Positions 1 through 13,672 of a stretch of DNA of 64,000 nucleotides are shown one piece after another (the stretch's first letter is position 1; every line of letters begins with the position of its first letter). Source of the stretch: Eledone cirrhosa (lineage: Eukaryota). Location of the stretch: assembly GCA_964016885.1 (NCBI GenBank), contig OZ024740.1, positions 278,938,001 through 279,002,000 on the forward strand, read 5' to 3'. The translations under genes and the position numbers were made by a program. The notes under the pieces were generated by a model. The model searched no databases, was not told the origin of the DNA, and saw only the letters and a program-made list of their open reading frames with translations.

Positions 1-310
1 TTCTAAGTTTCTGGCCAGGTCTTCATCATAACAGCATAGCCCCAACACTCTCAGTCCTTTGTCATCTCAGTTGTGAGGCTTAGTTTAAGGTCACTCTTCA
101 TTATCTCATCCCATGTCTTCCTGGATCTGCCTTTTCCTAGGGTTCCAACCACTGGAATAGCTCTGCATTTCTTCATGCAGCTGCTATCCTCCATACGCAT
201 CACATGTCCATACCACTGCAATCTTCTTTCTTGCACATTACATCCAATTCCCCTTATGCCAAGTTTTCCTCACACTATGCCATTCATGCCACACTAACAT
301 TACACATCTA
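1..310 (-). mobile_element. RTE-clade LINE 3' fragment
   Basis: ORF RRLQWYGHVMRMEDSSCMKK...GRSRKTW is typical of the RTE ORF C-terminus. Confidence 0.75.
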
Positions 311-1466
311 TATAAATTATGGAAAAGGAAGACCTAGGAAATCTTGAGATGAAGTGATAAAAGCTGACTTTGCACATTTACATCTCTCAAAGATGAAACA
401 AGATCGAGATCTCTGGGTGTTATGCAGAAGACCTGCCTCCCCACATGCACAGGATGAAACAAACAAGATGAAGACACTAGTCTGCACCAATCTTCTCCCT
501 ACTCCTCCCCAATTCACCCTTCCTATTCTTAATACCACTCTTCCACCAGCTAAATTCCTACTCATCCCTGCCCCCAACTCTTACCTTCCTCACCACTGAT
601 ACACCTCTTTTGTCCAACCCATGCATACAAGTACTGAAAGCTGGACACGTTCCACATTTGTTCCCTCAACAAACAATCACTAAGTCCATCTTGTATGGCG
701 ATCTGGTGCCACAAAAGGCTCCCAGTCCACCCTGTATAGTGGTTGTGTTGGCGACACGAATGAGGAGGGAGGGGGGGGGGGGGGCACCTAGTCCACATTT
801 TAAGGTGGTGGTGACAGGATGAAAAAGTGCCCAGTCCACCCTGTAAGGTGCTGGTAACACATTGAAAAAGCACCCAGTCCACACTCTGTCATTAGGAAGG
901 GCATCCAGCAGTAGAAACCAAGCCAAAAACAGATCATGAGCTTCACCTGGTCACCTGATCTGATTTCTCTAATAATGCGAAGGTCCATCAAACCCGTGCA
1001 AGCATGAAAAAAAGATGTTAAACGATGATGATGATGATGATAATCGTATATACATATTCATATATATAAAATATACATTTAGTAGCCCCACTTATTTGGC
1101 GACAATATGTTCAGATTGTAAAGCAGTAACATGATATTTAATTCATACATGTTTTCAACACCAACTTGAAACTTTATTCATTAAAAATAAATTAATTGCA
1201 TTGAAGTGTCTAATAAACAATTTTTTTTTTTTTATTTTGTCACTCTGAACCTATTGCAGCAGGAATAAGACTGAGATAGGAAATGCATTATTTGTATACG
1301 GGTGCATGATTACATGTGTCGTTGTCATCGTCATCATCATTTAACGTCCATTTTTCCACGAGTTGTCCAGTTGAGAGTCAGGTCAGGTCAGATCAGATGA
1401 CCATGTCTTGCTCATACAGAACTGTTTTGGGCTTGGTTTCTATGGCTAGATGCCCTTCCTAACGCC

Positions 1467-1846
1467 AACCACATTTACAGTGTGGACTGGGAGCTTTTTG
1501 TCAAGTCACCTACATGACCACTTTAGAATGTGAACTGGGCACTTTTTGTTGTAGCCCCAAAATGACCACTTTATAGCGTGGAGAGCGCACTTTTTGTCGT
1601 GTCACCTACACAACCACTTTACAGTGTGAACTGGCACTTTTTGTCGTAGCACCAAAATGACCACTTTACAGTGTGGACTGGGCACTTTTTGTCGTAGCAC
1701 CAAAATGACCACTTTACAGTGTGGACTGGGCACTTTTTGTCGTAGCACCAAATCGACCACTCTACAGTGTGAACTAGGAGCTTTTTGTCATGTCACCTAC
1801 ACGACCACTTTACAGTGTAGACTGGGCACCTTTTGTCATGGCACCA
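1467..1846 (+). repeat. Tandem array of a 48-bp unit (about 8 copies) inside an interspersed repeat
   Basis: Unit ATGACCACTTTACAGTGTGGACTGGGCACTTTTTGTCGTAGCACCAAA; reverse-oriented shorter arrays at about 705-890 and 2995-3105. Confidence 0.85.
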
Positions 1847-2252
1847 GAACGATCAGACAGAGATATATATAAATAATATACAAACATATATGGCATATTA
1901 TTATGGTTGATTATCAAATAATCAAATATGAGTGAGAGATAAAATACATTATAATATTTAGTTTTTTCCCTCTTGGTTCCAAGTTCAAATACCACTGAGA
2001 CTTAACATGCTTTGGCTTCTTTGAAGAGGCTAAAAATAAATGCCAGCAGTATGCAATTGATTATCGATCATGCATTGAAAATTCATGCTAGTGTGAACAT
2101 GGAATTTAGTTTTCAAATGTAAACATTATTGGTAAAGTTGCTAGTGATATAACTATATAATTACTTCTTGATAACATTTTAATTGATAAGGCTATGTGAC
2201 ATTTAAATATCAGCTTTCAGAATTTTTAAAAACGTATACATGTGTGTATGTG

Positions 2253-2314
<62 letters not shown>

Positions 2315-2400
2315 ACAAATTAATAGGCATTAATGCATACAAGTGCTCTCTACCAAACATAGAGTAACATGTAATTTATTGGAAACTGAAAACTCATAAG

Positions 2401-2438
2401 TCACTACTCTGAGTTTCTTGCTGCCAATCTTCAAATGA
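2401..2438 (-). ncRNA. Minimal hammerhead-like motif with one core substitution (C3>U)
   Basis: UCAU-UUGAAGA-UUG GCAG CAA-GAAA-CUCAGAG-UA-GUGA: 4-bp stem I, 3-bp stem II, palindrome-type stem III, GUA cleavage triplet. Confidence 0.4.
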
Positions 2439-3199
2439 TCATTGATGAGAAATTCAGAATATAAATCTTAAAATTTATAAATTGTTTATATGCATGTATA
2501 TATACACATATACACACCTAAAATACACACAGAGAAGGTTAAAATTATCAGATTTTCTCTTTAAAAAAAAGAAAATTTACGAACCGTATTATCAAAATCT
2601 GTATTTTGAAGAGGGTCTTCTGATAAACTGGTATCCATTTCATTCTTGGCTGAAAGAATAAAAGAGCAAAATGTCCAGAAAATGAGAAACTGCTCAAAAT
2701 GTTCAGAGACTTAAAATCTAATGGTGAGCCTCATAACTGATTAAAAAGGTCATTGGTGCACCACAGAAAACACTCTCTTCGTGTAAAGCAGGGATTTTTA
2801 AAGACAATCTGTGTACTCGCTCCATTTGCTAGAAATAGCAGATAAATCTCCCTTAAATCACACTCTACCATCTTAAGAGTGGTACACATTGGATAATATA
2901 ATCTGGAGTAAACCATGCTTCTAAATAGAAAAGATGTAATGGTCAATGCTGGAAGGTCTTGGATTATAGGTCTGCTTGACCATGGCTAATATGGTGCTGG
3001 TGACATGACAAAAAGCACCCAATCCACTCTGTAAGGTGGTCATGTAGGTGACAACAAAAAACACCCAGTCCATCTCGTAAGGTGGTCATGTTGGTGACAT
3101 GACAAAATACAGATCCGTATGAGCATTTTGGTCTCTGGACCCGACTTGTTTCATAATATGACAATCTGTCTAACCCATGCAAACATGAAAAAAATGGAC

Positions 3200-3707
3200 C
3201 GAATCTCGCCAGGTTAACTTTGCCTTTCATCCTTACGAGGTTGATAAAATAAAGCACAAGTAATGCACTTGTACCCAAAAGTAGAAACATTATTATTATT
3301 ATTATTATTATTAGGGCGGTGAATTGGCAGTATTGGTAGAGGGTCAGAGATGCTTTCCAGCGTAGTTACGTCCCTTTACGATCTGAGTTCAAATCCCGCC
3401 GAGGTTAACTTTGCCTTTCATCTTTACGGGGTCGATAAAATAAAGTACCAGTAATGTACTGGGTAATTGCTGGCTTTGTGCCAAAAGTAGAAACAATTAT
3501 TATTATTATTATTAGCGCAGTAGATTGGCAGTATCAGTAGAGCGTCAGACAATATGCTTTGCAACAAAGAATTACGGCCCTTTACGCTCTGAGTTTAAAT
3601 CCCGCCGAAGTTAGATTTGCTTTTCATTCTTCCGGGGTCGATAAAATAAAGAAACAGTAATGCACTGGGGTAATTACTGTCCTCGTGCCAAAAGTAGAAA
3701 CAATTAT
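3200..3707 (+). mobile_element. Three head-to-tail copies (one 5'-truncated) of a tRNA-derived SINE with (TTA)n tails
   Basis: A box TGGCAGTATTGG, B box GAGTTCAAATCC, body GCCGAGGTTAACTTTGCCTTTCATC...GTCGATAAAATAAAGTACCAG. Other copies near 12120-12350, 20010-20170(-), 25295-25460(-), 41830-41960(-), 48800-48935(-). Confidence 0.8.
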
Positions 3708-3994
3708 TTAAAGGAGTATTATAAATGAAGATATTTCTCTATTGCCTCATGTTAGTAATATTTGTACACACATGTTAGTAATATTTATACACACTCTCCT
3801 GAATACAGTTAGTAAAGGAGAGAACAGAAATGTTAGAGAATCAAGCAACAATAATGGATCAAAATTGTTTCACTCAAGCCAAACCAGTAGACTCTAAATC
3901 CTGTCCTTCTCTGACCTGTACCAATTCCAAAAACTACCCACTTCTTTGTGTAATCATCATGCACTTACCCACCCAACTACACAAGAGTCAATAA

Positions 3995-5960
3995 ATGAAG
4001 ACGACTATGTGGTCACTCGATATGCTAGAAATCGAAACCAAATCTTCCTCAAATTACACCTTGTAGTATTATATAAAAATAAGACACATTAGATGATAAA
4101 GTAGTCCTACATGCCCCTAAAAAGAGAGTGATTATGAGTGGAACACCTTAAGTTGTAGGTCAGCATAGATCAATCAGGGTTGATCCGGGACTAATCAGCA
4201 ACAAGGGATACAAAAGTAAATAAATAAAATTATATCTCTGGAGCGAAATAGTTATGAAGGTGTATCTCTCTTAATGCTTTACAACTTTCTTGTTGTTTCT
4301 GGTCGCTCAAGTTACTGGAAATAACAACCAAATCTCCCTTTAAAAAAAGGGGGCGGTCACATAAGAAAATGTAGTCCTAGGTATAAAGGGGGAAATGGTC
4401 ACTGTTGCTGGTACATTTTAATCCAAGAGGTCTGCTCGATCAGGACTGACTAGAGAGAAGGTAAACAACAACGTGAACTAGTCAAGAACGGATTGCTGGC
4501 TAAGCCATCAAAGCAAAACCAATTCTGACAATTTAGTACTGCTGCCTCATAAATCATAAATGGAACAATAAACTAAAATAAAAGCAAAAAATCAATTTTA
4601 TATTTTGAGAAAAAAATTAAACTATAAAACAAACAAATATAAGAATTTCATTTAAGTTAAGAGAATAGAGAAAGGGAAAGAATTGCGCTACTGTCCCTCA
4701 CAAAAAAATATTTTTAAATATATTGTTGTTGTTGTTTAGCCCCAGACTAGACCTGATCGAACAGACCTACGATCTAAGTTCTTCCACTGTTTTGTGCCCA
4801 GTACCGGATTTAGCTAAACGAGCTACAGCATAGGGCCTCAGTCTGCAGAGACCTCGAAATAATTAAAAGCATGTTTTTAATTTTTGTGACATTGTCTAGT
4901 GTAATTTTTTACGGGGGGGGGGGGGGGGGGGGGGGGGGCTCCAAGCTTAGTTTAGAGCTTTATAAAAATGAGATGGTAACTAATGGAATGCCTTTTGATC
5001 ATGGGTCTACTCGATCATGAATGACTTAGGACTAAACAACAACAAAAATCACATAGAGGCTTACTTCCTTGTTGGGTTTCATCATTATTGCATGCAAACA
5101 AACATGATAAGAGCTGGTAGCATTTTTTTTTTGTTAATTTATTCATTTTATTTAAATAAATTTATTTACATGAATATATTAGATTACATGTCAACAAAAT
5201 AAAAAAGGACGAAGAAAGCATTAAAAGTGAGAGAAGGAAGACCCTCATGAAATTTACATATCCAAATAGATTTGATTTCATGCATATATTTTGGAAACAT
5301 GCTCTCCCTCTCATGTTTGTGTCCGTGTATGTGTGTAAGCCTACATGCAACGTCCTGATTGTACATGCATGCATCTATGGTCAGATACATATGCATGTTC
5401 ATATATGTAGAATAGTGTGGCAAAACACGGAGGTTTAGTCCCAGGTGAGCCCTGTTTGAGTAAACCGCTGATTAAAGATGTTCCAGCCGTAACCGTCTCG
5501 TTTTTATTCCGTCTTTTCTTTTTTCTTTTTTTTTTTTTGGACATCTAGGACTAAATTACCTTATGTGCCCATTTTAAAACGGTAAAATGGCTAATTCTGA
5601 GATAGAGTTAGCAACTATTCCTAGAGGGTCGAGCGATCATGTAGAGAGAGGCTCAATCGTTGGTTCGCTGGAAAGGAAATTTGTATTATATATTTACAGA
5701 TCAGCCTGATCAAGCAGACCTATGGTCAAAGGCGTTCCAGTCGTGGCCATCCAGTCATTTTTGCCAGGTCATAGACTACTTTATTCTTTTACGATAGTGG
5801 AGCTACTGTACAGAGGATGTTTAGCACCAGGTCAGATAACTGACAAGAACTTTAATTAAAGGCATTCCAGCCACGACCTTCTCGTCTCTTTAGCCGTGTG
5901 TTTATGATTACATTACCCAACGTGTCCTTTCAGTTTCCAAGTTAGCATGATGAACCACCA
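3995..5960. repeat. Cluster of fragments of one interspersed repeat family in both orientations
   Basis: Recurrent GCTAGAAATAGC...AAATCTCCCT and GGTCTGCTCGATCAGG...CTAAACAACAAC blocks; also at about 2820-2990, 38600-38770, 39660-39790, 39970-40085. Confidence 0.6.
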
Positions 5961-6451
5961 TGTAGGAGCTCCCTCTTTCGCGTAGAGGATATTTATTCTG
6001 TATGTGGGTTTGGATAAGAAGAATGTTTAACTAGTATATGGTAAACACGGCTTCGGGTGTAGAGATAGTCGAGACTGTATGCAATTATGTGCAGCAGCCT
6101 TTCGGATACAGTAAATCAGTCTATGTATATGTATGTGATGGCCTATGTACGTAAGTATGTACGAGCGAATAAATGGTAATCGATGAGAGATGGATGATGT
6201 AAGGGAAGAAAATGCCAGGGACTCAACCAGCATGCATGGGTAGCAATGTGAAGGCTTCTCGGCTTCTCTGGGGAGTTTATCAATGTAGATATACGCGCAG
6301 ACACGGCAAATCGATCGATAACGGACAATTTCAAGAATGAAAGAGAACACAACGGAGAAATACAGAGAGATAGAGAGAAAGGGAGAATGAGACAAAGACA
6401 GATGAAAGTTTAAGAATAAAATAAAATTCAACAGGATATAAAGACCCATAT

Positions 6452-6513
<62 letters not shown>

Positions 6514-6643
6514 GTGCAAGAAATTAAAAAGAAGTGTACGTGTGTGAACACACACATTGACACGCATGCACGTGCGTATGTATATATCTAAGTCTGCGGG
6601 AATGTATACATACATCTAGAGTGGAATTTTCAGCAAATCTTAC

Positions 6644-7544
6644 CTGTGGTAATTTGTAGCATGTTCTCATCTTTCTTAAAGATTGATGGTGGTGTTGACG
6701 ATGAACACGGTGATGATGATGACGATGATGATGATGACGATGCTGATGATGATGATTCTTCCACTGCTGCGCCAACCTTGTCGACAGTTTTTACTCCTTT
6801 CTCTTCATTTTCTGGTTTCTGTCCTTTCACCATCTCCTCTTCTGCCACCTTTACCTTTTCATTTGTATCTTCTTCCATGTGCTGCTGTTGTTCTCGTTGC
6901 AATCCTTCACCACAGACATGGGTTAAAATGCTACCGCTGCTGTCACCACCACCACCACCATCACCACTACCACCACCACCACCAGCATCGCCATCACCGC
7001 CACTACCAGTACATTGTTCATTGACCTGATGCTGTTGTTGATGATGATGATGATGATGGTGGTGCTTCAGGTTTTCCTCGTGTTGTTGTTGCTGTTGTGG
7101 AAGCTGGTTCTCCTCTTTCTCCTCCTCTCTCTTCTCTTCCTGCTGCTGCTCGTCGTCAACGTCGTGGTGTTGGTGGTGGTTGAGGTCTAGATTTTCTTCC
7201 TCAGTACAAACAAGTCCATTATTATTAGTGGTGGTAGTAGTAGAAGTGGTAGTTGTAATAGTAGTAGTAGCAGCAGTCGTAGTTGTAATATTATTATTGT
7301 TGTTGTTGTTATTATTATCATTATTATTATTAATATTACTGTTCTCGTTGTCGTCGTTACAATTATGGTTAATATTATTAAAACAATGATCCATTGGTTT
7401 GCTATCTAAGTATTCAGGACACTTTCTGTGTTTGTGATGTTCCGACGAGAAAAGTCCAAGTTGTGACTGCCGTTCATCAGAGTCCATACGAGGCCGTTTC
7501 GGCGAAAACGTCGCCACACTATCGTCGCTGTTTTTAGCAGCCAT
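6644..7544 (-). CDS. First coding exon of a spliced gene running off the left of the window; low-complexity N-terminus (poly-N/T/Q/H/G/S, acidic); candidate SIRT1-like deacetylase
   Basis: ATG at 7544 in a good context (AAACATGG). Open for 300 codons + 1 nt up to a strong donor CAG|GTAAGA at 6644/6643. NLS-like SPKRPRMD near the start. Head-to-head with DNAJC12, as vertebrate SIRT1 is. No catalytic domain in the window, so the identity is inferred. Confidence 0.7.
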
Positions 7545-7579
7545 GTTTGGTCTTTATTCCTCTCTAGCTGGCCGTGCAG

Positions 7580-7591
7580 TGCGCATGTGCA
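7580..7591. promoter_or_regulatory. NRF1-like site TGCGCATGTGCA just upstream of the ATG of the minus-strand gene
   Basis: 11/12 match to the NRF1/ewg palindrome TGCGCATGCGCA, about 35 bp upstream of the ATG at 7544. Confidence 0.4.
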
Positions 7592-7639
7592 AAAAAAAAT
7601 GCCTGGCCTAAGATGATGTAGCTTCTCTCTGATTGAGAA

Positions 7640-8690
7640 GCTGCTTCTATTTCGCCTTTTGCTTTATACCTCTCTATCTCTCTTTTTCTCTCTCAATCTC
7701 TTTCTTACTCACTCATTTCTCCCTCTCTCTCTCTCTTTCTCTCAGTTTGTTACTCATTTTTGTTGCTGTCTCTTTTTCTTTTTATTTCTCTCTTTATAAT
7801 TTTCTTCCTCTCTTTTTTCTCTTTCTCTCTCCTCTTTATAATTCTTTTACTCTCTTTTCTCGCTCTCGCTTTATAATTCTCTCTCTTTTTTTCTTTATCA
7901 TTCTCTCACACTCTTTTTTTCTGTCTCTTTCTTTTTACCATTCTCTCACACTCTTTTTCTCTATGTCTTTCTCTTTATCACTATTTCACTCTCTTTTTCT
8001 TCGTGTCTCTTTCTCTGTATCATTCTCTCACTCTTTTTCTTTCTCTTTCTGTCTATGTCATTATGTTACTGTCCATTTCTCTATGCCTCTCGTTTTGATG
8101 TTTGCTCTCTCTCTCACTCTCTCTCTCTCTCTCTCACTCTCTCACTCTCTCTCTCTCTCTCTCTCACTCTCTCTCTCCCACTCTGTCATCCGTCCCTATT
8201 ACTCCTTTTCTCTCTTTTTCATATTCTTACACGCTCACCTTTTCTCTCAATCGTTCTTACTCATTCTTTCACTTTTATTCTCTTACTCTCTCTTTTTTCT
8301 CTCTCCTCATATTCTCTATTATTTCTTTCCTTCTCTTTCCTTTTTTCCTCATTCTTTCTTTCGTTTTCATTTCTGTGACACTCCTTTTTTCTCGCATGTC
8401 TCTTTACCTTTCTAATACTTATTTTTCTCGCTCTATCTCTGATACTCTTTCTCAATGTATCTAACTTTTTCTTCTTCACTCTCTTTTTCCGAAAGTCTCT
8501 TTCTCTCACTCCTTCATTTTCACCTTTACTCGTTGCCTTGTTTCTCCCTTCTCTCGTTCACTTCTCTCTTTCTCTGTCTGTCTCTCTCTCTCTCTCTTTC
8601 CATTCTATCGCTCTCTTTTCTCTCTTCTCTTTCGTTTCACAGTTCTCTCTCAGTCGTCTCTCTTATTTTCGTCGTGTCTTCACTTTCTAT
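7640..8690. repeat. About 1-kb degenerate (CT)n polypyrimidine tract
   Basis: Almost purely C/T on +; gives rise to spurious SL/F-rich ORFs. Confidence 0.9.
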
Positions 8691-8823
8691 TGACGCAGAA
8701 CGATCTTATATAATAAATAAACAAATAAATATGTAAAAATAAAAACATAAAAATTTCACACATATATATATATATATGTGTGTATGTATGTATATATATA
8801 TATATATAGTAGTAGCAGTAATG

Positions 8824-8879
<56 letters not shown>

Positions 8880-9139
8880 AAAGTGTTCTGCCATAATATA
8901 TGTATACATATACACGCACATACAAAAATTAAGAAATACACGTGCAGGCGTATACATTGAAACACGCGCATGCATAAATGCACAGACACATATAGACACA
9001 CCTATCCCCACATGTAAAACATGCGTATGCATACAAGCATGAAACTAACACAGACATGTACACATACACCCAGGTAAACGCACGAACATACACATACATT
9101 TGTACACATGCATATGTAAACAGACACATGCGCATACTT

Positions 9140-9195
<56 letters not shown>

Positions 9196-10195
9196 AAGTA
9201 TATATATATATATCCACGTATGTAAACAAATATACACACTTCTATAAACACACTCATATACATATACGCACATAAATATCTATACATATATATGCGTGGG
9301 TATGTATATATGTATATATGTATATATGTGCGTGTGCGTTTGTGCAACGATGTGAGTGTGTGTCTATACCTACACGTAGGCATACATAATGTAAAGACAT
9401 TCATATATGAATATATATAGAGAGAGAGATTCATATGTACACATACATATGTGTGTACATGTCTGTGTGTGCGTGTGTGTGTATACACAGCCATAGACCG
9501 ACTTGTCCTAATTTCGTAGCCTGTCTATTTCCCTTCTCTTCTTCTCTCTGTCTTTCTGTATCTCTCTCTCTCTCTTTTATTTATTTCTCTTTTCTTCCTT
9601 TGCCAAACGTTACACCCCCACAATAACCTGCCTAGCCTACCAGCCAGACAGTTAGCTATCTCTTCTCTTTTCTTCCTTCTTTCCTCTCCCAAACTACAAC
9701 CTACAAACTGAGGGAAATTACACTGAACTACAAACTACAACGCCAACAACATTCCCTACCTCGTCTCACTTTTCCATCTATTCCCGCAATTTTCTTTCTA
9801 TCTTCCCAATATACAAATACTGATACGCATTCTCTATCTATCTGTTCTACTCTTTCTCTCATTCCTCCACTTTCATTTTATTGGAAGATTTTCTATTTAA
9901 CTCTATAACTCTATCTATTTAATATATTTTTCTGTCTATCTGTCTCCAGTGTATATATCTATTTATCTTGCTATCTTTCTATATAACAAGTATTTGTCTC
10001 TCTGGCTAATTACTTATTCATCTATATATTTGTATTTCTTTCATTAAAATTAATATTATATTTTCAACTTTTCTATCTACTTCCTATAAATTCTAATTCC
10101 TTGTTCAATTTAACGACTACATTTTTCCTACCTGTCTCTCTGTTTTACTTTCTTGTCTGATTTAATTATTCTCTTCCGTCTTCGTTTCTTGCTAC

Positions 10196-10273
<78 letters not shown>

Positions 10274-10889
10274 AAACCATCTATCTTTCTACTCTTTTTC
10301 TATCTCTCTTCCGCTTTTATTTTAATCACTTTTGCTCTTCGAATTATCTACAACTTTTTTCTTCCTATCACTTATCTAGATATATTCTTTTTACCGCTTC
10401 TCTTTCTTTCTCTCCCTCTCTCTCTATATATCTATCTATCTATCTACCTTTATCTCTCTCTTTCTCTTCTCCCCAAGCAATTTCATGCACACCGAGAAAT
10501 ATTTTCTGTATGCATAAATAAATACTGTCAATAACCATATACTTTGATTTTACCATTCACTGTTTATCTATTGTATGCTGCTCACTCAATTTTTTAGTCT
10601 GCTCAATACAATCTCTCTCTTTCTCTTTGCACCCTCTTCCTTGCTGTCATACGTTTTAAAATTATTTAGGCTTCCTCTCTGTCTCCGCATTTTTCTCTCT
10701 AAGTATATATATAAAAATATGTACTTACATATATCTATAAATATATGTATATAATAACCCCCCCCCCTCTTTTTTTTGTCTATATTATTCATTTTTTCAC
10801 AAAAATTTAAGTAACTCTGAATATAGTTAGTTCAAACCATTGAAAACAACATATCAAAAATTCACTATCTTCTGATGTTTCTGTCCAGA

Positions 10890-11560
10890 GTTACTGAACA
10901 TGTTCTAAGTGATCCCCATTTGCATCCATGCATTAAATGAGGCGCATGGTGAAGTATATATAGCATAACGTCTATATAAACAGACCTAGGGGTGACTGAT
11001 CTCTTTGATGTTTTCCTTTAGTTCAGTTATGGTCCAGGGTCTGTTGACATGTACCCAACCCTTCAGATAGCCCCAAAGAGAGAAATCGGGAGGGAGGTGG
11101 GGGGGGGGGGTAAATCATGACTGTGTGGAGGCTATTTAAAATCAGTCTTCAAACTGATCACACGATTTCCAAAGTTATTTTTCAGCCATTCTCGTGATTA
11201 TTAGATATGTGAGAGCTTGCTCCGTCTTGCTGGAGCTAGAATTTATTCATTACAGATGGGTACATGGACTGCAGCTCCTTTTTGAAGTTTTCCATGACCT
11301 CCACATAGAATTCCTTTGTGACTGTAGTAGTGGCACCATTTTCTTCGAAGAAGAATGGTCTAATCAACCCTATCTCAGAAATGGAAGTCCAGGCGGTATA
11401 TTTGACCCAGTGGAGACGTTTCACGGCCACTTCAGTTCGTTTCTGACCCCCAGAACACATTGTTCTTAGAGTTGATCTTCCCCTGTAAGTGAAGGTGGGC
11501 TTCATCCGAGGTCCACATCAGATTCAGAATATTTTCTCAGTCATAGCCTTTCATTGGTCT
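10890..11560 (-). mobile_element. Degenerate Tc1/mariner-superfamily transposase fragment
   Basis: Reverse translation gives GLIRPFFFEENGATTTVTKEFY, FQQDGASSH, PPHSHDL, PDFSLWGYLKGWV (catalytic-domain motifs) with frameshifts and stops. Confidence 0.8.
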
Positions 11561-11634
11561 TATCACCCACTAAGTTGGTTTAAGTTTTCTACAGGAGTAC
11601 TTCTGCAAGTTCTGTGGAGAGACCCAAGGATTAA

Positions 11635-11762
<128 letters not shown>

Positions 11763-12741
11763 ATCTCTCTATCTCTCACTCTCTCTCTTTCAGAGAGTGT
11801 GAGTGTGTGTATGTACTGTAAAATTTCGTTAAACCGAACCCCGTTAAATTGGGTATCAAATAAACCTCATGAAATCTGAGTTAAAGCAGTGGCAGCTAAG
11901 AGTTGACTTCTACTGCTCTCAGTGTTGTTGAGTTGTAGGTTGTAAGTGGACTAGGTGAGCGCTGCACACTCGCCAGAGATGATAAATTCATCCTAAATAT
12001 TTAGCTCACTCAGTAAGACAATCATAGATCATATTGAGAAATTAATTTGTTTGTCTTTTGTTATGAAATACTGTGGCAGTAGTTCTGAGACAGCACTGTA
12101 TACATCACAAAGTAACTAAAGGGTGGCAGACTGGCAGAATCGTTAGAGTGTTGTCGGACAAAATGTGGCATAGAGTTACGGCCCTTTATATTCCGAGGAT
12201 AACTTTGCCTTTCATCTTTATGGAGTCGATAAAACGGAGGTCCAGTAACGCACTGGTTTCGATCAAAGGAAGGGCCAGTAATGCACTGTCGATTTAATCA
12301 ACTTTCCCCTCCCCAAAAAATGGTTGGCCTTCTGTCTAAATCAGAAACCATAATTAGTGACAAAAAAAATGAACATTTCACCAGTACACATGTTTAATTT
12401 TTTTTTTTTTTTTTTTTTTACTACTCTCTAAGAAATGTACCTTTTCCTTCTAGATCTCCACACTCCCCACCAACAAACGAGCCTCTTTATTTGCCTGCTA
12501 TTCACCCATTCTCTCCTTCAAGGCCGGACTTTCACTTTCTGAGACCCTAAGCTATATGAAATTTAAGGCTTTTCTCTAAAAACAAAAATTAGTAAAAAAA
12601 ATCAAAATAATTATACATGATTATTATTTTTTATATTAATGTTAATGATAAGGAATATATATAATATATATATATATGTATGTATTTAAGTAAGTGCCGT
12701 ACTAAGAGTGAGAATGAAATTTCGTTTCATTCTATTCCATA

Positions 12742-12847
<106 letters not shown>

Positions 12848-13313
12848 GATAACTCTACCAAAAGTTTACGGTAGTGTCCAATCCGTATGAAGAACTCAAT
12901 GTAATCCGGATATCATGAAAAGAAGAGATGCATTCAAAAATCACTTTCGGTGAAAGATAAACGGAAAACAGAGTCAAGATAAATTATTTAAAAAATAATG
13001 AATAAACAAAGAAACAGTTCCTTATATTAAACAAAAAAAGTTCATTATTTTACGATCGTTTCTAGGACATATATGTGTTAGAATTGGTATGCATATTCAA
13101 AAGATCTATGTACAAAATTATACAAACTATCAGAGTGAATATACATACCTTCATATAATTTTTGATGATTTAGTGTTAAAGCTAATGATAAAATATAAAT
13201 ATATTTTTTAAAATGAGGCCCTCAAGTTTGCATTGCCCTAAACTATAGCTTATAGATAAATCCAGCACTGCTCTCCTTGCTTCTTTCTATCTATATTCAG
13301 TGTGCTACATATA

Positions 13314-13672
13314 AAGTTGTCCCTCGTTATTCGCGCGGGTTACATTCCTAGAGCACCCGCGAAGAGTGAAAAACCGCGAACATTGGACGTGGTCCATAAT
13401 AATGCCTATGAACGTCAACATATAACGTAAAATATAATAAAAAAAGAGGGAGCGTCTTATGCGAAGAGGCGTTCAATAGACCGGCAAATGCAGTATATTG
13501 TTATTAATGATTTAGCGTTAGAAAATATATATTGCCACGAAAAAAGCCATAAAAGAATCGCGGAAAATATTTACGATTCCGCGAATTTAAGGTGATTTCC
13601 AAGACAATTATTAGTTAGGTTCTAATGAAAATTTCGCGAATAACCAGGACCGCGAATGCCGGGGGTACACTG
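13314..13672. mobile_element. pogo/Tigger-like MITE
   Basis: Imperfect terminal inverted repeats GTCCCTCGTTATTCGCG ... CGCGAATGCCGGGGGTACACTG and internal CGCGAA repeats. Confidence 0.55.

Noticed and set aside
1467-1846. Regularly spaced repeat that might be read as a CRISPR array or repeat protein
   Set aside because: Contiguous 48-bp tandem units without unique spacers, eukaryotic context, derived from an interspersed repeat
6524-7389. Overlapping and antisense ORFs (poly-D, poly-H, poly-V/L) over the left gene exon
   Set aside because: Shadow frames of trinucleotide repeats in the real exon; no independent splice signals or domain similarity
7633-9626. Long hydrophobic SL- and YI-rich ORFs resembling membrane proteins
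   Set aside because: Translations of (CT)n, (TA)n and (TG)n microsatellites
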